A stretch of DNA of 64,000 bases from the NCBI RefSeq assembly GCF_964204645.1, contig NW_027437443.1, positions 1-64,000 of the forward strand. The letters run 5' to 3'. How positions within the stretch are numbered: the stretch's first letter is position 1; every line of letters begins with the position of its first letter. The notes below the pieces were generated by a model. The model was not told the DNA's origin. It worked only from the letters and a program-made list of their open reading frames with translations, and did not search any database. The DNA comes from Tubulanus polymorphus (lineage: Eukaryota > Animalia > Nemertea). The position numbers were made by a program, and so were the translations under genes. Shown here piece after piece: positions 1 through 49,666 of this stretch.

Positions 1-576
1 CCCCCCTGAATTGCCAAGTTGCTCTGAAACTCTAACTAAGGGAAAATGGAAAATATAGAGCTAATAAACCTATGGAATATCAACTAATACTTAAAAATTT
101 CAAATTCATGAGCTTGTTCTCAGTACTTACAAAAATGAGTTAATGTTTTGCGATGATTCGATGCCCTTTTAGTTATATGATATGCCCTGTTTTGGTGCAC
201 CCTAGTAAGTTACCTAATCATTGGTATTAGCCCTTTGTGAAAATATCCGATCGTGAAACTAAACCACAGACAGGTTACTGGCTAGGTGCACGCAACCCAT
301 CTGTGAATCAGACCCTAGATCCGCCCCTGATCACTTAAATTCTATAAAACTAAGTAAATAAAGCTATCAGAACGATAACCACACTCAAACGTCATCGTCA
401 GGTGTGACGATCTCTAGGGTGAGATCGAAACGTTGTGTATTCTATATATCTTAAATAATAGATTGAATAAATAAATTCTTTCAATTAAAAGTTTTTAAAT
501 TCTTTTAATCTGTAGATAATGGGTTTTTATCTTATTAAAGCTATCGGACTTAGATTTTCGAAGTCGTAAGACTAAC

Positions 577-805
577 CTGTATGCGTCACTATATTCATAT
601 TTTCTATCCCGACTGTGACAGTTTCGACTGTGAAATCATGAAAACAATTTGCGCTTCCAGTTCCTGCTATCGGCCATAGTTTACTGTAGCCGTTCTTGTT
701 GACTTTCAACAAGCGATCCAGCTTCTCGGGCAGCCGTTTCCACAAGTCCTCGTGGTGACTTCGAACGTTGACTGCGGCTTTGTGTGTAAATGAGGAAGAA
801 ACCAT
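577..805 (-). CDS. Candidate first coding exon of an unidentified gene nested antisense in a POLRMT intron
   Basis: ATG in aaaATGG context, 76 open codons, CpG/GC-richer than the flanks, ending exactly at a donor ACAG|gttagt. No recognisable domain. Confidence 0.4.
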
Positions 806-1306
806 TTTGTCGAGCGAACATTTTCAAAGAATTTTTTCTTTTTCTAATTCACATGTATTTTGATACGCACATTAGGTTCTTACCTATATTGACGTTGATT
901 TTATTGTTTTCGTCGCAGTTATTCGCGATGTTACTTCCTACGTTTTGGAAGCAAAAAATCCAAACAAATATAGCTCGATACATTGTGTTGCTTTTGCGTG
1001 GAACTGAAATATAATTTCATGAAAGCTGAGGTTGATGAATTTTTCATGCAGCTATAATAAAACAACCATTAACAGTGGTTCTTTTTTTTTGGAAATACGG
1101 GGCAATGTTGTACGAAGCTTGGCATTTGATTTAAGCAGATTAGACTTTATGCAGCGAGAGCTAAATAAACATTGGGGAATATGAAAACTGGTTATAAAAC
1201 AACATGCTTGCATGTGAAATGCCCTAGTACACAATGATGGCCAGTTAAAAAAGTTCTGTGCCAACAGTGGTTTAATAATCGTTCCTCATTTCCTTTCCAT
1301 TTTCAG

Positions 1307-4300
1307 TCAACTTATTCCAGCCTTTTATACGATCTATAGAAGCCACGGGTTACATCAAAAACAAGAGCTCAAGGTACGATATTCAAGTTTTTAAATCGAT
1401 GAGTATTCCATTTATTTATTTGCGTCGGAGAGAAACTGATTATTTTCCCATTTATTCCAGCCTCATCCTTCGATAGTGAAGCTTTTTAAGGGTGCCGGCA
1501 ATAAAGAACTGATGTTTGAATTAAGCGAGGTACCGATGTTGATACCGCCTGTGCCTTGGGCTTCCGTTCATTACGGTGGAAATATGCTGGCGTCGAGTAA
1601 GTTTTATCCGAAATCTCCGAATTCAATAATCATCTAGCGAAATAATGATTAAAATATCTTCAAATATATTAAGAATTCTTTTTTAACTGACAAAACTTTC
1701 AAAGGTGCTTGAAACTCCTTTGATCTGAGCAAAATGGCCAAAATTCTTTTAAAACTCCTTCTATTTTGAGAAAAAGGCAATTAGAAATTTTTGTACTTTT
1801 ACTGTATTATTACGCCTAAATCAATAGATTTTGGACCAGGATTTTTTCTTTACCCAATCAGGCTGTTTCGGAATTAGAAATTAGAGTTTAGTAGTGTAAA
1901 GGATAATTATTGCTTACATACCAAATCGAATTACCGGTTTACTGAGATAAATAGTACCGATTTAGGAAGAGTGATGATATGAAAGTGATGCACTTCTTTT
2001 AAATTTGATTTTCTCCTTGAAAACTCCTTATATCCAGGCATGACAGAACCGTAGGGGCCCGGTTATGGGTTCGATTTTTGCATTATGTTTCATTCGATGT
2101 ATTTCTAGCTAAGATTATACGTCTGCCCGATCAAGCTCAACAACAGAGAGAAGTTCTGAACGCGACCCCGGCCTCACAGCTATACGCCGTATTCGATGCA
2201 CTGAACACCCTCTCGGCATGCGCTTGGGTTATCAATCAACCGGTGAGTTAGTATGGGTTATAGATCAGGATGGCCACTGACCTTGAAAACTGGGAAAACT
2301 CAGGGAATTCTGATAATGCTATTGACTACATCAATACGTGATTCAATGAAAAATGAATAAATTATTTTAAAACTAGAAATTTCTGATTAACATGTACTCT
2401 GAATTTTGTGTAATCACATGGAAAAATCTGGGAAAACCAAGAATTTGTAAATGGGTGGCAAGTGGCTACCCTGATAGATTTGATCTGGTTCAGCATGAAC
2501 ATTTCATTTCTTTCATTTCAGGTGTTGGATATAATCATAAACGTTTTCAATAACAAGGGCAGTAAAGACCTTGACATAGCTCGACCTCCATCGGAATGTC
2601 CTTCACCTCCGATCATCACCGCGTATGTATAAACCTATCAGATATATATATATATATAAACGTACGGGTATTTCGAATACAATGTCGATGAATCATTTCA
2701 GCGAGATGAGCCCCGAAGAAAAGTCAAAAGCAATGAAAGAACGAATGCAATTGAAACAGACTAGACAAGAGATGTATAGTTTATGGTGTAATGAGTTGTA
2801 TAGATTGTCGATTGCAAATCACGTGAGTTTCTAGAATAAGCGTATTTTTGCATTTGTTTCGACATTTTCATGCAGGTTTTGAGGGTTTTCCATATTCTGT
2901 GTTTTTTCACATAGTTCAGGGATAATGTATTCTGGTTTCCGCACAATATGGATTTTCGAGGAAGAGTGTACCCAACTCCACCACACTTCAATCATCTCGG
3001 TACGTAACCATCTTGAAATATGATCATTTTGTCGTACCGTATTTACTTCGTAACTCATTTATGATCCCAGGGTCTCCAAAGTGCTTGAAAGTGCTTACTT
3101 ATGAAAAAAAAATGAGTAAGGCCCTTTTCACAAAAATTTCAAAAAGTGCTTATGAAGAACTTACTTTGGCTTATGGTATTCCAAATTATTTTTGTGGATT
3201 CGTATTGTGGATTAGGAAGAGGGCCGCTGTCTGAAATGATTAGAAAAGTCTCACTTCTGCCTACAAAAATGCTTAGAAAGTGTACCGTACTTTTACTATC
3301 AATTAAAGTGCTTGTCTCAGCCTTAAGAGGTCTGGATGCAAACCTGTTACACAGTAGACTGGGTGTGCTGCGTGTGTGTGAGGGTAGCATCACGACACAA
3401 ATATTGCATGTTTCTGTGGCATGTTTTCCATTCCCGATATCTCATCTCGGTGCATGTTCACACATTACAGGAAGTGATGTCGTGCGTAGTATGTTGCTGT
3501 TCGCTAAAGGGAAACCGATGGGCGAGAAAGGATTAGATTGGTTGAAGATACATCTCATCAATTTGACGGGTTTGAAGAAAAGGTATGAGTTTGTATTTGC
3601 TTGTGACGGTAGTTCATGAGAATTTTGAATTTCGAGATTCTAAACCATGTGAACCATTTATATATTCCGTAGATGTTCCAATAAGGAGAGATTGGCTTAT
3701 GCTAACGAAATTATGTCGGAGATACTCGCATCCGCTGACAACCCGATAAATGTAAGTTTCATTCTGAAATGTATCAAAACTAGCGATCTGTTTTCATAGT
3801 TAATGTTTTTGTGTTTTATAATCGTAGACTAAATGGTGGCAAGAATCCGACGAACCGTGGCAGACGTTAGCGTGTTGTATGGAGATTGCCAAAGCCGTCA
3901 GATCACCAGATCACACTAAATATATCTGTCATTTTCCAGTACATCAGGTAACATTCATTTGATTAAATTTTGCTTGTGCGAAGTACTTGAAATGTAAAGA
4001 TTCAACGCTTCGATACGTTGACACTATATTATTATATCAAGTGAACCGAGTAGATATGGAGGTAACCAAATTGACTCAATTCATGCCAGTAACGGATTTT
4101 CACTCATTGCTCTTATACAAATACCAGATCGTCTCATTTCACTAGAAAAATGACATGGTAACTAGAAAATGACATGGTATCAACATGCTGAAACGTTGTG
4201 TCTGGATATCCCGTTATATAATTAACTTATTCGATTTCACAGAGCAATGATTCATGCTATTTTACAGGATGGTTCTTGTAATGGTCTTCAACACTATGCG

Positions 4301-6649
4301 GCATTAGGGCGGGATCAGGGCGGAGCTGAATCTGTCAATCTTTATCCGTTTGAGCGGCCGTCAGATGTTTACAGCGATGTAGCTGAATTGGTATGTGATC
4401 GATTATCTGGATTATTAAAGATTGATCATTATATGAAATCTTAGCGTCAATATGTTAATTCGACTAATATTCAAATATCCTGTCCGGTGCTGCCACCTTC
4501 ATGTCTCTGTATGCAGTTTGAGTCTTGTTAGTGTTAGTTTGTTGTCGGTCACCTTTCAGGCAAACTCTGTGAAAGGAATGCAATTATTGATTTTGACTGT
4601 TCCCACAGGCTGTTGATTGTTTCGATGATTGATAGAATGCACCCACCCCTCCCCCAGACAGCTGTGGCGTTAGAAGAAAAGCTGTTAGAAACACCGGTCA
4701 CATAAACCAAAATCAAATTAATCGATGAAATTTATCATGTTTTAATTCAGGTTGAACAAGAGCGATTCAAAGATATGAATAATGGAGTGGAGATTGCAAA
4801 AATTCTTGATGGATTCGTCAAACGAAAGGTATGCCTATAAAACCCACTGCTAGGTGCAGTATGAAATGAAAAACACTGCTCTGGTTTCTTGGGTGAAAAA
4901 GAACATTGGTTCGGGCTGCTTGGAAGATTGTTTGAATGAACCGGAACCTAAATCTGAAACACATCAGACATTTTAAGATGAAAGAAGAACATTATCAGCC
5001 ATGACCGCTATCCCCTACCTTTTAGACGTCTTCAATGCCTCTGCTCATAAACACAATATCATCTACTGGATCGTTTCTTTTTTGAGAATAGGTTATAAAA
5101 CAGACTGTAATGACTACCGTATACGGCGTAACTCGTTACGGCGCGAAGTATCAGATTCTACGTCAACTGAAGGATATTCCCGAGTTTCCGAAAGAACACG
5201 TTTGGCAGGCATCGCAATATTTGACCGAAAAGACTTTCTATTGTTTACAGTCTATGTTTTCGGCTACGAAAGAAATTCAGGTAGCTTCAGATCTTCCATT
5301 ATCAGCATCGTCAGATCAATAATGACGATGATGATAATATTTTGAATTTTGATATTCATTTCATGTTTCAAGCGAAGCCGATATGATATGAAATCAGATA
5401 TCTATATCTCATATGGATTTGATTTTAGGATTGGTTTGTTTTGTCGGCTCAGTTGATTTCAAAGATCGGCAATAAGCCGGTGGAATGGGTGACTCCACTT
5501 GGACTACCGGTTATACAACCGTACTATAAACAGAGCAAGTCGCGTTTGTACGGACTAGTGTCCACAAACCAGTTCAATATGCTCGAGTAAGTAATTGAAT
5601 GAAAATCTTCTAGAAAATTCTGCTCTTCCAGTAGTTACAGATCCGATTCAATTTTCATAGGAAACCGAACGCTGTCAAACAGAAGAATGCATTCCCTCCG
5701 AATTTCATCCATTCGTTAGATTCCACTCATATGATGTTGACGGCTCTTTCATGTTTACGGTAATTATGTGCAAAGTTTCAGCAATTCTAGCGTTGAATTA
5801 AACATCAGTATCCGCTATTCTGCATGTTGTTTTAACTCGTTTTAGCGAGGGTATAACGTACGTATCTGTGCACGATTGTTACTGGACTCATGCCTGTGAT
5901 ATTGATAGAATGAATAGAGTAAGTAGCTTTCTCAAATGGCACCAGTCGAGTGTACGTTTTTTGGTAAGAGTTCGCGCATTAGATATGTTTCTTATGTTAA
6001 CAGATCTGTAGAGAGCAGTTTGTGGCGTTACACAGCCAGCCTATATTGGAGGATTTGTCGCAATACTTGGTCGATAAGTTCGGATATAATGCGAGGTAAC
6101 TTTTCATTGAAGAAATTGTCAGGAATTCTTGATATGATTCGTGTTGATTGATAACTTTTGTCGTTGTTTTTAGTGAACTGCTAAACGATAATTCAGAATT
6201 GGATTTCACGATGAAGCTTTTAAACTCGGCGTTGAACAAAGTGCCTTCTAAAGGTTCGTATGATCTCACTAACATTGTGGAGAAGACATCATTGTATATT
6301 AGTTGTCGAATAAACACTATACTCCGTGTAAACTATAGATAAAAGAAGAAATCCCACACTTCGAATTTAAAATAATACGATTTAATTTATTCTTACGAAA
6401 CCACGTTTCGGCTGTTGACTAACAGCCATCATCAGGGGGAATGAAACCGTTCCACCTGATGATGGCTGTTAGTCAACAGCCGAAACGTTGTGGTTTCGTA
6501 AGAATAAATTTAATCGTATAATTTTAAATTCGAAGTGTGGGATTTCTTCATTTATCATTGTATATGTATTATGAAGGCATTACCTATTGTTTTTTGTAGG
6601 TTCGTTTGATTTAAAGAAGGTTTTAGAGTCCACATACTTCTTCAGTTGA
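1307..6649 (+). CDS. POLRMT: Mitochondrial DNA-directed RNA polymerase (T7-like single subunit), 5'-partial, 18 exons visible
   Basis: Phase-consistent GT-AG exons: 1307-1373, 1461-1596, 2109-2242, 2522-2622, 2702-2822, 2915-2999, 3471-3582, 3673-3751, 3828-3947, 4268-4390, 4751-4828, 5092-5280, 5429-5586, 5661-5759, 5846-5918, 6004-6095, 6174-6253, 6600-6649. They encode [13 protein letters not shown], motif [13 protein letters not shown], motif [31 protein letters not shown], motif [10 protein letters not shown] and the diagnostic C-terminus STYFFS*. AATAAA at 6764. Confidence 0.97.
6300..6556. mobile_element. Fold-back Penelope-like pLTR remnant in last POLRMT intron
   Basis: About 100-bp near-perfect inverted arms (6338-6436 and 6455-6556), each with the hammerhead core followed by AATAAA. 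Flanked by the 12-bp direct repeat ATCATTGTATAT (6288-6299 and 6554-6565). Confidence 0.65.
6452..6493 (+). ncRNA. Minimal type I hammerhead ribozyme motif (Penelope-like element type)
   Basis: Stem I CCAC (6452-5) / CTGATGA core / extra T / stem II GGCTGTT-AGTC-AACAGCC / GAAA / palindromic loopless stem III (A)CGT / cleavage triplet GTT / stem I' GTGG (6490-3). Confidence 0.7.
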
Positions 6650-6998
6650 TGAAAATTCATGTAGCTGCTTGAAAATGTTGTTAACACTTCTTGTGGGTAT
6701 TAGTTAAATTGTGATTTGAAATGTATTGATTAATTTGGTGCTCAATTGTAGATAGAATTTACGAATAAAATTGTAGATATTTTCAAATTTTTGATAAACA
6801 CCGAGTTTTGTTGTACAGTATATGGATAGTTGTCTACATGATTGTTCGGTAGTTTGAGAAAGAGAGAGCTGATTATCTATCCATGTAAAGGATACAAGGA
6901 AGGACAAAGATAAAAAGTGATTAAAAGGTGCTTCAAGAATAACAGAATTCTGGTTGTCGGATCTTGACCATACAGTGTCGTCTCTATATTCATCATTA

Positions 6999-7123
6999 GT
7001 GGTGTATATGTGAACTAACATGAGGGCTGAATATTCCTTCTGCGGCATGCGAGTGAGAAACAAGTTCACTCACATGCCGTAGACGGAATATTTGGTAATC
7101 ATTCTAGTTCACACGTTCACCGC
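6999..7123. repeat. Long imperfect hairpin between convergent POLRMT and unc-104 3' ends
   Basis: GTGAACTA..GAATATTCC.TCTGCGGCATGCGAGTGA / TCACTCACATGCCGTAGA.GGAATATT..TAGTTCAC. Confidence 0.7.
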
Positions 7124-10100
7124 TTAAGAGTCTGCATACCTGACTGGATATATGGAGGAGCTCGGTGTAGATTTCCTCTCCTTTGTGACTGCAGAAAAGT
7201 AACAAGAAATCAGCAGTTTTGATTTTCGTTCTTTATTTTAGGCTGCACATTCTTTTTACTGTAATTATCAACAATTTGTGTATCTTCAACAAAATCGCCA
7301 GTGCTCTATAATTAATAATGCTTTTCTTGTATCATCATCATCCGTCATTCCCCATCTCTAGTTTTTGGCAATATTTACATTCGTGAAGCAGACACAATGT
7401 TCCATTTACTGACAACAACCAGCAAAATTCACATCATGTATCGTATTATATCGTTATTATCTTAAGTCATTTTGAGACTTTTCAAATATTTACCAACAAA
7501 AATAAATTGCCATATCCAACTGCATGAAATGCTAACACACACGTAAATGAGCACGTTACAGGTTTGGCCTCTCTGTGTATTTCTAAAGGAACTTTTTCGC
7601 TGAATTTTCAAAAATCTCTAGCACGTGAAAGCATTTCTTGCAGCGGGAGATGATTTTACTATGATTGAATACATACAATATACATTTATACCATGTGTGT
7701 TCTCAACACTGTATTTCATCATGCAATGATAATAATAATAACATTGGTTAACTATCTATTTTTACATATAATATGAATCAATATTGAGGTAAACAAGGTT
7801 TAAGGTGGGTCATCCTATCTATACATGACTGTTACTATGTATATATGCATATATTAGATCAGATTTAAAGGTGGGATTTGAGTAGACTGTCCGACTAAAA
7901 GAAACTTTAAATCGTTCATTGCAGATAGTCTTCGGATCACAGTAAACATTTACTAAATTACAAGTACAGCGATTTTCAAAAGCGGCTTCATTTGCCAAAC
8001 CACAAAGAAACGTACCTGGTAATTGTTTTACTCTTGACATATTTCAAACACGTTTCTAATAACATTGTAGAGTGAAACCTCATTAATACGAATCTTGTTG
8101 GTAAATATGAAGTGGTTGTAATACATGAGTTTTGTATTACCCAAATTTGGATATAAATATGTTAGCTGGGATGTGCTGGAAGTCTTTAACAGAATTGTAT
8201 TAACAAGGTTCAACTGTCATCGGCTTGAAAATCAGGGCGTTTTTTACATAAATCAACTCTCAATTTGATATATTTCATACAGAATTAAGACTAATGTGTT
8301 TTCACAAGCAACTAAGCTTAACTAATATGTACATCATTTTTCTTGTCTTGATGAGTAACCAAATATTTGTTGAAAATCTATTCAAATTCATACATGCACT
8401 CATTGTAGATAATCCCTCCCCCCATGAAGACAGCGAAATAGACTACTTATTAAATGCCAATTAGTGAATCATACTAAAGCTTAGTTTATTAGGAGGGTTT
8501 TTCACGAGTAAATAATTGCTAATACTAATATTTTCACACCTAAATATAACGTACAAAAAAAAAAAATAAAATCATCATTATGCCTTAAGAAACATATGTA
8601 GCATTTAAAGAGCTAAAAACGTATGTAAGCTATCTGGTGCATAAAAAAACTTTTCGTTCATAAAATACAAATAAATCGCTTGACTAGATGTGTAAAATTA
8701 TCGCAAAATGAATATATTCGAGATATTTTCTCATTGAAGAATATTACCGGTATTCGAATAGATAATCTTATTTCTGCATTTCATTCATCATAGCAGGAAA
8801 ATACATCCTTATTCCAATATCTGGTATTAGTAAATGAGTTTCACAGTGTATATCAGGATGATTCCCCATATCCTCCAGTGCATACATCCAAAAATCCATT
8901 TGGAATATTTTGATACATCTAAAGGAATTTCCATAATCACTCAAATAATTCTGTAGCACTTCTTTCTATCAGATACACTATTAATCAATCATATCAAGCA
9001 AAAATTCATAAAGACTAGTCTTGAATTTTTGTATCAAGCTATATAGCTAAATCTTAATCAACCCCAACCACAACGATCTTGTGATTCAAGATTTCTATGA
9101 CTTTTGATTAGCGTTAAAACTGTTCATACAGTGATCGAGTCATGGATATTATGCAAACTAAATTTTCCTCCGTGTTAAAAAATAAATTAGATAAAAAACT
9201 CATTTAAATGTGAACAAAACGGAATGTCAAGCTAAAATGGAAAGTATGATCTTGCTCTCACAGGAATCGCTCAATAGAATCAATAATTTCTTCAAGCTTC
9301 AAAGATAAGGCAGTGCTGTTAATGTAATGGCTTTGAAATTGGTTGAAAGGCTTTAACCTCTCTTCGGACAAAGCCTATTTCAGACGTAAAAGCGTCGTAA
9401 GCCACAAGCAAGCAGTTCACTCAAAAAGAGAAAAGAGCTGTAATAAACATTTTACCCTGGCCAACTCACGAAAACACATCGCAGAAAAACGCATTTTCAT
9501 AAAAAAATACATTACATAAAACATGAAGCGAGACTAGCAAAATCTGAATAATTCATACGTAACAACTGAGAAATAACAAGTCGGTAGGATATAATATCAG
9601 TTACCAATACGGGCAACATGAAAAAAATGCGAATATTTTCAGACTCTGCCAGCTACAATCGAGTGTAGCACTATCACAAATCATCGTACACAGAGAGATA
9701 TAAGTTATATAATCTATCACATGTTATACTTTATATAATCTCTTTCTTGCTAATCTTCGGATCGATTTTCCGAAGATTAGTTTCTCTACGCCATTACCCG
9801 ATTCAGAGGGGGACCCTTAACACCTTCGAGTCGAAAAACTTCTTTCAGTGATAAGAAATACGAAGAGAACGAAAGGGTGCCCGAACGAATCGTTCGAATT
9901 ACTTCCGAAATCGCGGTCCCAAATTTTTCGCTAATATCTAACAATATTTGTAGTTTATACTCTGGTATTTGATCGACAACATTTACACCCAAAACGAATG
10001 ATTGATGGGAATTAAAGCATCGATATTGATCGTAAATAACATCAACACTACAATATCTAGATTATTTACAGCCCTCGAAATAGAATTGAATATCCGAATA

Positions 10101-10572
10101 TCGTAGACATCATCATCAGTGACACTGCAAATGCGCTGCAAACACTTATATACTAAAACGACACTAACTACAGCATGATTTTAGTTACTAGAGTTATTCT
10201 ACTCCAAGCGCTAACATCAATTTTTTTCATTTGATTCAGCTCTGGATAATTTGCATTGAACGTTTGTTGATTATATTGAAGTACTGATAATTTGATTCAG
10301 GAGCCATTAATACACGTCGTAATGTCATCAATATTATGAGAGACACGAGTCGGGCAATAAATGACTAGTTAGAACGGCGAATCTATTCTATTCACGATAT
10401 CTTCACCGAATATTTCACTGTACATTACCGGGACCTGTGGATGACGACCGCACGTGAACCATAATTCAACTCTTCATAGCTTTTTTCTGCGTCACACGGA
10501 AACTAAGCGTTCAAAAGCCACAATATTAACACAGTACATGTACAATATATGTACAACGTTCTAGTACGATGT

Positions 10573-10613
<41 letters not shown>

Positions 10614-10638
10614 CTAGAGTGAATACGCGGTTTTGTAG

Positions 10639-47406
<36,768 letters not shown>

Positions 47407-48204
47407 GGTCGTAGCTGAAAAATCAAATTTCGATTGAAAAATAAACAGACAAGCCATAGGCAACAACGGTTCTCGGGCTCAGGATTGAACTCCGAAATTA
47501 CCATACATTATTATCCATAGAATTTTGTATATGTTGTACCTAGGGCCAATAGTTAAATTTTGTCAAGAAAACTTTTCAAATTTCAACCCTGTTCATAGAT
47601 TCTGGTTCTGCCACTAGGTGGCACGTTGGGTGCATTCTTAGCAATTCAGAACTAGACCCCTGATACTAATATTGTACCCAAGTTTCATCAAGATCAACCC
47701 AATATTAACACAGCTAAGTAGCTGAAAGACAGATAGACAGACACACATACAGACATATGCGGACAGACGTACGCGGTCAGTATGGAAGTACACGGTCAGT
47801 ACGGAAATAAGGGTGTCACCGAAGCCAGAGAACTAAGAATTCAAACTTTATCATCGGAGGAAATCACAAATATCTCTATCACATTCTCCATTAGTTCATG
47901 AATATTTCATTGTGCAATTACTTTGATTCCCTGCGTTGCATTTATCAATGTAGCCTATACATATTTCATATATGATTACGCCTATATATATATACAATAC
48001 AGATGTGCACTAGGTAATTTCGGTAAACACAATCTTTTATATTACATACATCCGTGCTACCAGTAACAGTTACACAACTGTTTCATAGACTAATAGATCG
48101 AATTCCGTGACAGTTCGAGAAAAAAGTACTCTACAACCTGCGCCAGGTGATAATCGAAGCCAAGTGACATATGTTATATTAACTGAATATAGTAGTATTC
48201 TTAC

Positions 48205-48258
48205 CTTGATTGTCAGTATTTTTCAATAAACAAAGTTATCGTGTTGGTAGTCTATCAC
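48205..48258 (-). other. Probable non-coding 5'UTR exon of unc-104
   Basis: ttatttcag acceptor and AAG|gtaag donor; a further donor (GAG|gtaaag) at 48920 lies downstream of a CpG-rich promoter-like region. Confidence 0.5.
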
Positions 48259-48311
48259 CTGAAATAAATAATGTGACGTATTGTTTAATTCGTTGAAGAA
48301 GAGAATACTGT

Positions 48312-48699
48312 CAGGGTCCCTACCAACCATTCCTGGATATAAGGAGCCTCTGCATCACTTTCATATCCCAATTACTGTAGAGTCCTCCTAAATCGGTACT
48401 GTTTATCTTGTTAAACCATTAAACCATTAAAATTTGGTGGTTGCAAATTTTCATCCTATACACTACCAAAACTCAGCTTCTAATTCGGTAACAAAAATCT
48501 TGGTCCCAACTGTATAGATTTAGGCATAGTCTACTATACAACTACAAAATAGACAAAGATTTCTAATTGCCTCCCTCAAAATTGAAGGAGTTTTAAAGGA
48601 GTTTTGGGCATTTTGCTCAAGTTAAAGGAGCAAGCAAGGTTCAAGCACCTTAAAAAGCATTTTTCATTTAGAAGGAAACAAGGAGTTGGCGGGACCCTG
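48312..48699. mobile_element. Composite MITE (CAGGGTCCC...GGGACCCTG) with nested CAGT-type element
   Basis: Inverted ends plus AAGGAGTT repeats; homologous copies at ~18460-18845 and ~39620-40225. Confidence 0.6.
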
Positions 48700-49049
48700 A
48701 CTGTTTTCAGTATGATTACTATTTCTATCACCACTATGTCCACTGCAGTCAGACATCTTGAATAAGAATTTTCTTCCATCAACAAAGACAATAACAGGAG
48801 TCAACAATAAGGGGAGATAAAGTCCGTTAAATAAGGCTGCATGAACCTATCTAAACATTACATACTAAGCCTAAATTTCAAAACAAATTCTTGAAAATAA
48901 GATAAAACAACTCCTTTACCTCTCTCGAAGCAGATCGAATCGTAATCCACAATTATCCAAATACTTCATATTTAAAATTTGGAAAATAATACCCAAAATA
49001 TCATATGATAATCCCGGTACTGTTAAATGCTGTATGCGTCTGTTTGTTT

Positions 49050-49530
49050 CAACTCAGCAGCACAAACCCGTCGACGCTGATGTACTTTCAAATATACGGA
49101 GAAGAAGAAAGATAGAAGAAAATTCCATAAATTAAAAAAGTCAGACCGAGGCGAAACAACTGTACGCGCGTACGCCGGATCAGCGAGAGATTAATTCCAG
49201 TTTGTATCACTCCGTAAAAAATAAATATATAATTCGATAAAGCTATCTATCGTAAAGTCTAGACCACTCGAGATTTTTTCAGCGTTCCGGCTTTGTTTTT
49301 TTTTTCTACTCGTGATCGACGATGACAACAGCGGCGGCGACGAGTCGAGCGCGATTCAGACGTGCTTCGTGTACTATCGGGAATAAATTATGCCGCGTTT
49401 CGTCGACTAACGACGTCACTGCCTTCCGTCGATATTGATCGTTTGTCGCGACTCGAGGGATGGTTATCGTAGTCGTTCGTATCGCGGTGGCTGCGGCGAT
49501 CGCATCGAATCAAACGTTGAATGTTTGAAC
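49050..49530 (-). promoter_or_regulatory. CpG-rich promoter/first exon region of unc-104
   Basis: Local CpG enrichment and a GACGTCA CRE-like site near 49412, upstream of the 5'UTR splice donors. Confidence 0.45.
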
Positions 49531-49666
49531 AATGGCTGATTTGACATCGGGGAAAATTTGATTTTCAGTTTATTCATGTTTAACTCCCACTCGAATGATA
49601 ATAATTGTTTTTTGTGTGAATTCAAACACCACCTTTTTTCATTAAAATAAAAAACTTGATAGCCCT

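Noticed and set aside
4247-5345. Phage T7-like RNA polymerase as sign of a prophage or viral insertion
   Set aside because: It is interrupted by 17 spliceosomal introns and matches nuclear-encoded mitochondrial POLRMT.
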